A stretch of 64,000 bases of DNA from Balanoglossus misakiensis (Eukaryota; Animalia; Hemichordata), in the NCBI GenBank assembly GCA_040954595.2, contig CM082591.2, forward strand, positions 9,937,309-10,001,308, given 5' to 3'. The position numbers and the translations under genes were made by a program. How positions within the stretch are numbered: position 1 is the stretch's first letter; each line of letters opens with the position of its first letter. The notes under the pieces were generated by a model. The model saw nothing but the letters and a program-made list of their open reading frames with translations. It had not been told where the DNA came from and ran no database searches. This document shows, piece after piece, positions 54,601 to 64,000 of the stretch.

Positions 54601-57600
54601 AGCTGAACTGAGCTCACGCATAGTTTCATACACATGATATAAAACCCGGCGATCGAACACGGCACTTCCGGTCACCAGATTCGCAATGGTTTTGTATACG
54701 GATTTGTTGTATTTTTCACGTTTTCCGTTTTTTATTCATGATTAATCCAACACTTTTCAAGACACATTCTAAGCAAAAATGAAAATTATTGACTACACTT
54801 CGATGGCACTCTGCTCCGTAGAACAAAGTGTCCCCCCTGTCCCCCCTTTTTAGTTACGCACGTCCCCAGACTCCATGTGAGCGATTGCATACCCTTCCTT
54901 ACATACACTGTATACGAGCGCGTCTGTCCTGGCTAGCAACGGAGTCGTACGATCGTCTGCCGCGCGCGCTGGGCCCGGCGCGTGCGCGCGTGCGGTTGTA
55001 GATTGCTCCAACACTTCCGCGTTCGGCGCGTTCGGCGGCGCTAGTGCGTTCGCTCGCATATTTTGCGAGTCCAGCTGTAGCTAGGCCGTTCGTGAGTGTA
55101 GTTCTCGTTCACATAAAAAAAAGGAAATAATTTATTGTGTATTCGTTTAGACCTATGCTAAATTATCCATACACTTTATTGTTCCATGACGCCCGTGTTT
55201 GAACTTGCTAAATTAATTTAAAGAGACAAAGTCGCTCTCTCTTTGTCCTTTTGCGATGATAGAATGCTTGCTTGAAGTCTCTCGTGCAATAAATGATGTC
55301 GATTCATACATGTATGGATGGTGTATAGGTGGTCGGAATTTACATGTCTTTGCCACGACCAAACCAACAACACGTAAAATCAAAGTTTGGGTCATGAAAT
55401 CGAGTTTTGTTACAGTCTAGAATTTCATGCCACCCCTTATGGTCATATTATTCTTGGTAGGCAAAAGTGACAAGTAGTCAAGTTTCAACACAGGCAACAT
55501 TTTTTACAAACAAACCACAAAGAAGACATCAAAAGGGAGAGAATTATAGAATGGTCAATGTGTGAAAAGTTAAGATACGTAAAGTGGCCGGGTTCAACAT
55601 TAACTCATCGACTTCATATCGTCTTCATGCCATGGTTTTTGCCTGCCCTGAAAGTTCTTGTCGTTGCAGAAGTGGTTTTGACAGAAAGAATTTAGTCTTC
55701 CGGGATGTTTGTGATTATTTGAACACCAGACAATACAATGCAACCTTGACTTCCAAAATACTTACCGGCATTGCATTATCTTACCATGGTTAGGCCTACA
55801 GTGAACACATTTTCAACAATATTTTCTGAGTTACCGCTGATATTTGTTTTGTAGTATGGATATTAAATTATACATCCCGATACAAAACAGAATGTTATAG
55901 AATCCTTCCTGAGTGATATTGAAAAAATTACCGGAATGCTACCGCCTAATCTATGGTTAGGGTTATTGCTATTATTTTATATCAGTAATCGACTTTGTGT
56001 ATATCAATGTCATTTTAATAACGAAAATGAACTCGAGTCTAATGTAAACGTTACGAATTGATCAAAAGGCGCTCTGATGAATGTTAACACGAGTGCGCAG
56101 TGACAAGACATGCATCGTGCGTGACAGTGACAACAGTTCCTATAGAGCAGTTAAAAAATAAACCGGCCGTCCGTAAATTTATCAGCTATATTTTTTTTAT
56201 TTAGTCACGTTTTCCCTGTTGCATGCTATTAGTTCATGGGCCAGTTTTAGCAGTGCTCTATTGAGTACTTTCGTATCGATGGATTGATCTCTCGTCCAAT
56301 CAGAATGGCGGATGGTAGCATGATCCGACATATTGCGTATTACAATAGGGCTTCCTCATACAGGTCAGAACGGAGAGGTCATTCCTTTTATTTTAGGACG
56401 TCTCAGCTCCTTTGTCTTTTCTGTTATAGTGTTAAAGAAATCAAACGGTTTTGTTTTGGCCGGTAAACACCGATGGATTAAATCTTAAGTCCATCGTGCA
56501 TCCAAACGCAGTCGAGTCGGTTTGGTCATTGTTTATGCGACAGTAAATGCCAAATGTGACAGAAGCATCATATTAAATGAGATAGAATACACAAACAAAC
56601 AAACATACGAATAAACAAACAGGCAAATAAACAAACAAACAACCATTAGGGACTGTTCAGAATTTACTTCCAAGTTGGGGATGGAGGAATTTTTATTTTC
56701 CTGGTGATTTTTTTCCATGGTCTCCCCTAGTAAATTGTGGAGGAAATATGTGGTCCCTCCTTAAATTTCCTGGGGATTTTCCATGGTCCCCCTATTGTGA
56801 CTTTTATGTCTAGTCTCCCCTAATTTGTCTTGGAGAAAATGGGTGGTCCCCCCCCCCTCTGAAAATTCTCCGCCCCCTGGAAGTAAATTCTGAACAGTCC
56901 CTTATTAAAGCCAACAGCTAGCACCCTGGCTTCTCTGCCAGAGGAGAGATAACATCGACAATATGCAGATACACAAGAAATGAGCACTTTATTCCACAAG
57001 TGAAGTAGTCTGTTCCCTGCCCCATTCCCACCGCTGGCTGCGCCCTTTAGCGTAGCGCCGATGGCAGTGGGAATGGGGCAGGGGACCAGACTACAAGTGA
57101 AGAACCCCAGTAACAGACGTAACGAACAAACAAACTACATGTACTAACAACAAAGCAAGAAAAGTGTCAAGCGTCGTCAAAGAAAACGAAAAAGTTCTAG
57201 CATGGTTGGTAAAAGTTATTGGTAGAAAACGAATAGGGCCTTCTACAAATGACGTCTCAGACCCGCAAACGCCACCAGAACACAAAACACATGCACAGAA
57301 CAGTTTAAGCCGGTTGTTGTATGGAGCAGCAATAATCTGCGGTTGGGCCGTCGTAGATTTTCGCTGGTGGTGAAAATAAATAAAACACGATCGATGTTCG
57401 ATTTATTCCAGATCACATGCGTTTACGGCCAGGAGAGAGCATAAAAGTCTTCAAATGACCATGTGGTGGCGCACTTTTTCCGATTGGCTGTATTTCAATT
57501 TGTTCGTGGTAAATTAATTTTGTGGAGGTGACCGGCACTGAAGCTCTTAGCTAGGATGAGGTGGGATGGAAAAATGCCCCATTTTAGCTGTTTTAAAATA

Positions 57601-58300
57601 TACGACTATTTATAGACAAAAGGAAAATAAAACAAGCGCAAAAACATACCAAACCTAGTTTTATTAATTAAAAACAAAATTGCTGAGTAAAGGTTTTCAT
57701 GTGGGCATTCACTTTGAACTTGCTAAATTAATTTAAAGAGACAAAGTCGCTCTCTCTTTGTCCTTTTGCGATGATAGAATGCTTGCTTGAAGTCTCTCGT
57801 GCAATAAAACATGTCGATTCATACATGTATGGATGGTGTATAGGTGGTCGGAATTTACATGTCTTTGCCACGACCAAACCAACAACACGTAAAATCAAAG
57901 TTTGGGTCATGAAATCGAGTTTTGTTACAGTCTAGAATTTCATGCCACCCCTTATGGTCATATTATTCTGGTAGGCAAAAGTGACAAGTAGTCAAGTTTC
58001 AACACAGGCAACATTTTTTACAAACAAACCACAAAGAAGACATCAAAAGGGAGAGAATTATAGAATGGTCAATGTGTGAAAAGTTAAGATACGTAAAGTG
58101 GCCGGGTTCAACATTAACTCATCGACTTCATATCGTCTTCATGCCATGGTTTTTGCCTGCCCTGAAAGTTCTTGTCGTTGCAGAAGTGGTTTTGACAGAA
58201 AGAATTTAGTCTTCCGGTATGTTTGTGATTATTTGAACACCAGACAATACAATGCAACCTTGACTTCCAAAATACTTACCGGCATTGCATTATCTTACCA
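33657..58300. repeat. ~2.51-kb macrosatellite, right block (~9.3 units)
   Basis: The marker ORF recurs at 33901, 36414, 38927, 41439, 43952, 46467, 48984, 51507, 55213 and 57728. The period is 2512-2523, with one interval lengthened by ~1190. Confidence 0.98.
54015..55197. mobile_element. 1183-bp non-autonomous DNA transposon, 29-bp perfect TIR, 7-bp TSD (P-element-like)
   Basis: cacgggcgtcatggaacaataaagtgtat / atacactttattgttccatgacgcccgtg. tttgaac is duplicated at 54008-54014 and 55198-55204, and all other units show the empty site. Confidence 0.95.
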
Positions 58301-61059
58301 TAGTCAGGTGGAGATTTGAGAAATTGTGACCCCCTCTGGCATTTTTTGGTACAAGCAAACCAAATATGTTTTTTGGTCAATTCGACTACGCTGATTTCGA
58401 AAATGCCTGTTCCCAAAAGATCTTTTTGAGATAAGAGCCTCATTTTGGCAAATCAAATATGGCCGCCAAGGATCGCAATTCTCACATGAATAGCATCAAA
58501 GAAATGTTCACGTACCTCCTTAAACAATGAAAATAAACTACATGATTACATCAACAACTTTTTTGGTTGGATAAACACAAAATAGCAATAATAAAACAAT
58601 AATTATGCACAAATTTGCATATTGTATGAATAATTCGTTGAATTTTGGCTACCAAATAATAATAAAGCTAGGTGTAACAGTACATGTACTGAAAACTCAC
58701 AACCATTGGAAAAAATTATCTTTTCTTTATTTTAATAAAGGACTTAAACCTTGTTCAAAACAATACTTCAAGTGTGAAGTTCATTATGAGATAAGAGCCT
58801 CGATGTGGCAATTCAATATGGCCGTCTAAAGCCCTGTAGTGGAGCGGCCAAACCCTAATTTTCATAGCGATTGTGCATTTTGTGATAAAAGCACCAAACT
58901 TGGCTCAGATGTGTGTTAATGTGTACTAAACAAATTCAGATAGCGAGCCACTAAATATCTGTTGATGAGTTTCCATGGCAACCAATTTTTCAAAATGGCC
59001 ACCAATACAGATAATTTCACCCACCAAATAACATCTGTGAACACCAAAATAAATTTAGATTTCTATATTTGATACAAGGAACTGTGGAAAGAATGATTTT
59101 CAAAGATATTATGGTTACTAAACTACTTATAGGGGTAAGTAAGTTATTAAAACACAATTTAACGGTGCAACTTTTAATCCTTTTGTTCTCGGATTAATAG
59201 GTGCTCCTCTAGAAGTCAAACCATACTGTCTATGGTCAAACATTAGGCTAATTGCGATATTTAACTTGCAGTACGTAAATTACACATATGAATCACAACA
59301 GTTTACCACCTTAGCTAATGATAATCATATAAACAGATCACCGATATATCCGATTTGCACACGGATGTGGGCTTGGCTTACTCGTGACTGGTAAAATTTC
59401 CTTATCAACTTGATAGGAGAGTCTACTGCCCGAAATAGACGTTGATCCAAACTGAGTCCGCGGTCGTCACGTTTATTGGTCGACAGACATACACATAGGG
59501 CCTCAAACGCAATGCAATCTAAATGGACCCCGGGTAACGAACCATGCGAAAATGTCGGCTTTGTTTCGACCACAATCGCGACCGCAGCGTTGACAACGTT
59601 TTTTTCGGGGCGTTGATGTTTGTCAAAATGCCATAGGAAATTTAAGAAACTTAAGTCGAATTGCTGAAACGTTAATAATCGACCATATGTCTTGATACTT
59701 TAGATCATGTATCAGTTCCACTCCAGCAATTTTGTCGACTGTTAACAGAGTTGACCAAAAAATAAATGGTGTCTATGATTCCAAACTCATAAAAATTACA
59801 GCGGAGGACACAACATTATTTTATTTGTCGAGAATAGTGTCCATCATGCCATAAATATTGTCAAAAATGTGTGTTAATTATAGAAGCCCAACTAAATATA
59901 CAAGCAGTTGGCCTTTAGATTGGTAAATGGAAAAAACAGGTCTTATTGCAATTTTCTGGGATTAGGTGGCCCAATGCTCCCAACAAGTCACTTGGAATGT
60001 ACTTCCATTCTAATATCTCAATGTGTAATCTGACTTTGCAAGAGATATTACGGAAAACTTCATTTCATTTAATAGCATGAAGTAAGCGAAATCTTACTCT
60101 TTACAGAAAAGCTGTGATCCTGAAGACTTTTGGTGTTTTGAAGCTTATTTTCACTTTATCATTTTATTCTTTGATTTTGGGGGTTCAAAAATACACAAAA
60201 TAACATGTCAAAATAGAACTGCTGACTATCATCAAGGTGCGATTAAAATTATCGATAACTTGAGCAATACAAAGCACTTCAAGCGACTTCATCAAAACGC
60301 TTTCCGAAGGACAAGTATTGGATGAAAAGTTTGAAACAGATTTTGATTTTGATTACTAACATCTATCTATATACATGCAACCTAGACATAGTTAGTTTCT
60401 ATAGTAACTTTAACAAACCAATCGACTGTCATGATACTGGATTTCTGCCACCATTTTATGGGGAAGTGATTCTTTATTTGCATGAATCATTTGATGAAGA
60501 TAAAATAGAAAAGCTAAATTCTGCACTGATTCAAACTGGTCAGATCAATTTATAAGGTTGAGAAACAAGATGCCGTTTTTCCTGGGTTGACTAAATTTGG
60601 AATTTTGTTCATCAAAGATATTTTTATGGGGAAAAGAACGAATCAACTGAGCTTTACTTGTTAAACTTTTATCACAAAATGCCCAAATGTTATGAAAATG
60701 TTGTTTATGCCAGGCCACTATTATAATATATCTATGGTTATACAGTGTTTTAACTAAGTTTGTTGTAACCGGTGTTATTACCAAACTTGAATTTCTTTAG
60801 CGACTGAATCTCGATCCTGTATTTACCCCTATAACTAGTTTAGTGATGATAAATATTTTGAAAATTACTCTTTGAGCAGTTTCTTGTTTCAAATATTGTA
60901 ATATGAATTTATTTTGGTGTTTTATAATTGGTATTTTGTGGGTGAGATTACCTGTATTGGCGGCCATTTTGAAAAAATTGCCATGGAAACTCATCAACAG
61001 ATATTGTGGCTCGCTATCTGAATTTGTTTAGTACACATTAACACACATCTGAGCCAAGT
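58301..61059. mobile_element. Long-TIR DNA element inserted in the macrosatellite; right arm interrupted
   Basis: The array stops at tatcttacca|tagtcagg. 58898-59138 is the inverted complement of 60822-61059, and the match ends abruptly at 61059. This may be two nested elements. Confidence 0.7.
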
Positions 61060-61164
61060 ACGACACCCAAGTGGATTAAATATACATGTATATATGTTGC
61101 CTCACTGACACACAATCTTCACTTTGCACACAGTATCATATATAAAACCGTAATAAAAATACAC

Positions 61165-61264
61165 GTTTTGTCTCTTCTCCTGGGCTAATACACAATACTC
61201 AGGCCATACCACAAGTTTTACTGTGTGTGGCTACGCTACCACCGCAACTTTATTACAACAATAG
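61165..61264 (-). repeat. Split direct repeat B2 (100 bp)
   Basis: Identical to 61582-61681. Confidence 0.93.
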
Positions 61265-61581
61265 TGATACAACAAATGAAACTCTTACATGGCAGCTCAG
61301 AAAATACGTCTAGACCCCGCCCTAAAAAACAGAGCTTATAAAACCCTTTTATAGGGAAAATTCCTCTGAAAAAGCGTTGGGTCCCTGAACCAAAACAGAA
61401 AAGAAAAGAAATAAAAATTTTAACGGATCACAAGGCGACTAGTACTTGACTGGCCGGTGGTAGCGCGTAGACTGACCTGATTAACCCCACCTACTTGATA
61501 TTCATACTCCCATAAACAGCGCCCTCACGAAACAACAAAACATTTATTTCTCCCTATACGTTGTACCTTGAGAAATAACAT

Positions 61582-61681
61582 GTTTTGTCTCTTCTCCTGG
61601 GCTAATACACAATACTCAGGCCATACCACAAGTTTTACTGTGTGTGGCTACGCTACCACCGCAACTTTATTACAACAATAG
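61582..61681 (-). repeat. Split direct repeat B1 (100 bp)
   Basis: Identical to 61165-61264, starting ~60 bp after the YR stop. The intervening 317 bp is the expected A2 repeat. Confidence 0.93.
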
Positions 61682-61743
61682 ACTTGCACACAGAAGGGGG
61701 AAGAAAGTGAAGGCAAACTCTAAAAAATGACAACCCTTTAAAA

Positions 61744-62793
61744 CTAAACTCCCAACGTTTTAGAAGCCGAAAGAGCCTCAGAAATGCTCTCTTGAATGTA
61801 GCCGTCTTTGGCTGTTACTGAACGCCATCTACCGTGTCTCATTAACCTATGAGAAGGTACCCCAGCTTTTGCTGCTGTGGTCGCCCCTCCAATACGCAGA
61901 GAGTGTGTGCCAAAAGCGTGGACATCTGAAACTGCCACTTTTAGTTTTTCATGCACCAACTCTCTTACCCTGGTATAACTAAGATGTTTGTTAGTATGTA
62001 CCAATGAAACGATGCCTTTGGAAGCAAACAAAGGCCGAAAAATGTAACAGGAAGAATCTGCTGGAATGCCAGAAACACTCAAATACCTCTCAAGATATGT
62101 AACAGGACAGGTGAGTTTACCTGTTTTGGCAATGTGAACAATATTGCCCTTCTTGTATTGGTCATTCTTGCTTTTGTCAATGACAATCGAAACATGTGAA
62201 GAAGAAAATGCAATGTGAGATCTCTTAATGTTAATAACATCACTAAATCTAAGAAAACCAGCAAATGCAACAAGAATAAGACAGATGTCTCTTATATCAC
62301 GCAGAGAATGGGAATCTTTGAAGAATTCCACTACATTTGTGAGGATTTCTGGAGTGACTGCTTCTTTTTTGCTCACAGGTCTCCCAAGCAACCGCTTAGC
62401 TGATTCCACTAAATTCTTAACGAATGGATGCTGCGTGGGAGAAGTTAAACCTGATGTATGATGTACCCACTGAATACTGTAAACAGCAGTTTCCACTGAA
62501 TGTCTAGTATTCCCTCCCTGAATCGAATTCTGAATAAGCCCACTCAAATACAAAGCAACATGTGAGGCTTCTGCAGGAACAACTGGAAAAGAATGTTTGA
62601 CCGCAAAGGTGGCCCATTTCTGGAAAGCGTTTGTATACAACTTGACAGTAGAGTCTGCTCGTGAAGCCATGGCAATACTTGGGAGGTGCTTCACCAGTTG
62701 TTGCAGCTCTGGATCTTCCAGATTACTAAATTCTTTCCATATTCCATGGTCAAACACATCCGCTTCTGCAAAAATAAAATTTTGAGTGATCAA
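61744..62793 (-). CDS. Tyrosine recombinase (DIRS/PAT YR)
   Basis: 349-aa ORF with an N-terminal core-binding region and catalytic motifs FAGFLRFSD (R), KSKNDQ (K), HSLRIGG (H-x-x-R), HGRW and terminal DGY (Y). There is no ATG at the ORF start. Confidence 0.95.
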   Translation of the reverse strand: MITQNFIFAEADVFDHGIWKEFSNLEDPELQQLVKHLPSIAMASRADSTVKLYTNAFQKWATFAVKHSFPVVPAEASHVALYLSGLIQNSIQGGNTRHSVETAVYSIQWVHHTSGLTSPTQHPFVKNLVESAKRLLGRPVSKKEAVTPEILTNVVEFFKDSHSLRDIRDICLILVAFAGFLRFSDVINIKRSHIAFSSSHVSIVIDKSKNDQYKKGNIVHIAKTGKLTCPVTYLERYLSVSGIPADSSCYIFRPLFASKGIVSLVHTNKHLSYTRVRELVHEKLKVAVSDVHAFGTHSLRIGGATTAAKAGVPSHRLMRHGRWRSVTAKDGYIQESISEALSASKTLGV

Positions 62794-62901
62794 TTCTTAC
62801 AACTTAACGCCATAGTTCCCATCGGATGGCAATCAGAAGTATCAGGCTTCTATGGACCCTTTCTTAGACTGGTCACTAGAGCCTCCCACTATGGGGAACA
62901 G

Positions 62902-63999
62902 TCAACACATCTTGCCCATGTAAACTGTGGAAAATTCCTTATTGAACATTCGACATGGAATGCTGAAATCTATCCACAATGCAAGTACTCTAAAACTGAG
63001 TGGTCTTCCACCGAAGACTGAATTTCTGCCCTTACCTGGCAGGAAAAGTAATGGATCATTGCTTGGTAATTCTAACCAAGCATGTATGAACGGAGCTAAA
63101 TGCACCCCATCAGGGCAAATCAAAGGCCAAAAATAGGCCGATCTCCACAGCGGGATTACCAAAGCTCCCTTTCCCTTGCAGAATTGGAGGTGCCTTAATG
63201 TCCTGCCTATTAGATATGTAGGTGGTACCAACCAGTTGACCTCTGACCCCCAATCTTGTGTAAAAGCATCCATTGCTGCTGTATTAGGACACCAAAACCG
63301 GGAATTGAAGATCACGCACTTAGCATTGTATGATGATGCAAATCTATCTACCCGGAACGGTCCCCAATGCTTGCTCAACAGTTTAAAATAACGCAAGTTT
63401 ACTGACCAATCGTCTGTATCCACAAGCTTGCTTATGTAATCTGCACGCTCATTGGCTGATCTAGGCACCCACTCTGGCTCGATTGAAATCCCAAACTGCA
63501 TGCAAACTGCAAAAATTGCCAGAGCTATCTTCTGTAACTCAGGTTTCATACTGCCCTTATTGACAATTGTCACTACGTTTTGGTTATCAGTAAACCACTT
63601 GACGTGCCGTCCCGCAACAAAACTGGCTATAGATAACAGCACTTTATACACTGCTTGTAATTCTCGCCAGGTGGAACTCTGTTCCGACTCATATGTGCTC
63701 CAGTTACCGTGAGCTACCACATTACTGTGTTCCACAATATAACCTCCATATGCATTTTGCGATGCGTCCGAGTATATGACCGATTCTGCTTTGGAACAAT
63801 TCCAAAGTGGCATGCCATTTAACTTACCTAGATTTGCCTGCCAAAATTCTAGTTCATTAATGGCAGGCTTTGTCAACCCAACAAAACTGTTCCAGGATTG
63901 TCTGTTGCAGATCACAAAATACAGATGTCGTGTCATAAGCAATGTGATATTACCTACACCTGACCTCATGGAAATGATCTGCCCTACCACATGGGCTAG
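62902..63999 (-). CDS. DIRS/PAT pol C-terminus: RT connection, RNase H and adenine-methyltransferase-like domain (5' partial)
   Basis: RNase H acidic residues in YSDAS, WRELQAV, FTDNQ and NERADYIS. MT-like motifs VDRFAS, DAFTQDW, WLVPP and VIPLW. The frame is open to the window edge. Confidence 0.93.
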   Translation of the reverse strand, partial: LAHVVGQIISMRSGVGNITLLMTRHLYFVICNRQSWNSFVGLTKPAINELEFWQANLGKLNGMPLWNCSKAESVIYSDASQNAYGGYIVEHSNVVAHGNWSTYESEQSSTWRELQAVYKVLLSIASFVAGRHVKWFTDNQNVVTIVNKGSMKPELQKIALAIFAVCMQFGISIEPEWVPRSANERADYISKLVDTDDWSVNLRYFKLLSKHWGPFRVDRFASSYNAKCVIFNSRFWCPNTAAMDAFTQDWGSEVNWLVPPTYLIGRTLRHLQFCKGKGALVIPLWRSAYFWPLICPDGVHLAPFIHAWLELPSNDPLLFLPGKGRNSVFGGRPLSFRVLALWIDFSIPCRMFNKEFSTVYMGKMC

Positions 64000-64000
64000 T

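Larger units (their letters stand above)
61165..64000 (-). mobile_element. PAT/DIRS-type tyrosine-recombinase retrotransposon, 3' half
   Basis: RNase H + MT-like ORF followed by a YR ORF and 3' split direct repeats. The 5' half lies beyond the window. Confidence 0.93.

Noticed and set aside
340-58319. Recurrent 60-70 aa ORFs (MAGFNINSS..., MSSVVKENE..., MCSGGVCGS... etc.) as a tandem gene family
   Set aside because: Most have non-ATG starts, they overlap on both strands, cross MITE boundaries and are broken by stops or frameshifts in some units. They recur only because the DNA is repeated.
59900-60800. Transposase remnant inside the long-TIR element
   Set aside because: Only short ORFs (<80 aa) are present, with no motif I can recognise. 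tBLASTx would be needed.
61202-61213. ggccataccac (and ggcctggtta in the satellite) matching 5S rRNA
   Set aside because: The matches are only 10-11 nt and the rest of 5S is absent.

Overview
This is AT-rich, repeat-dense eukaryotic (animal, probably marine invertebrate) genomic DNA. The only convincing protein-coding sequence belongs to a tyrosine-recombinase retrotransposon at the right edge. Layout: (1) A ~2.51-kb macrosatellite at 1-6145 and 33657-58300 (about 12 units, nearly identical), whose unit is a patchwork of MITE relics. One unit carries a fresh 1183-bp P-like MITE. (2) A 27.5-kb interruption (6146-33656). It holds a family of small homologous spliced exons (6488-6602, 7414-7488, 8416-8488, 13838-13912, 15089-15161; the last four lie in a ~6.4-kb tandem duplication), many MITEs and Helentron-type elements, an L2/CR1 3' end, a 50-bp minisatellite, a tRNA-like fold, and a 7-kb 82/86-bp satellite with higher-order structure. 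(3) From 58301, a long-TIR DNA element interrupted by a PAT/DIRS-type element (RNase H + methyltransferase-like ORF, intact YR ORF, 100-bp split direct repeats). The most unusual signal is the exon family. Exons A and B have same-orientation flanks but mutually inverted cores, so they would form a compact hairpin with a stem across the exon junction after splicing. This suggests a spliced hairpin/small-RNA locus or an RNA-pairing splicing switch. All coordinates were read by eye and no searches were run.
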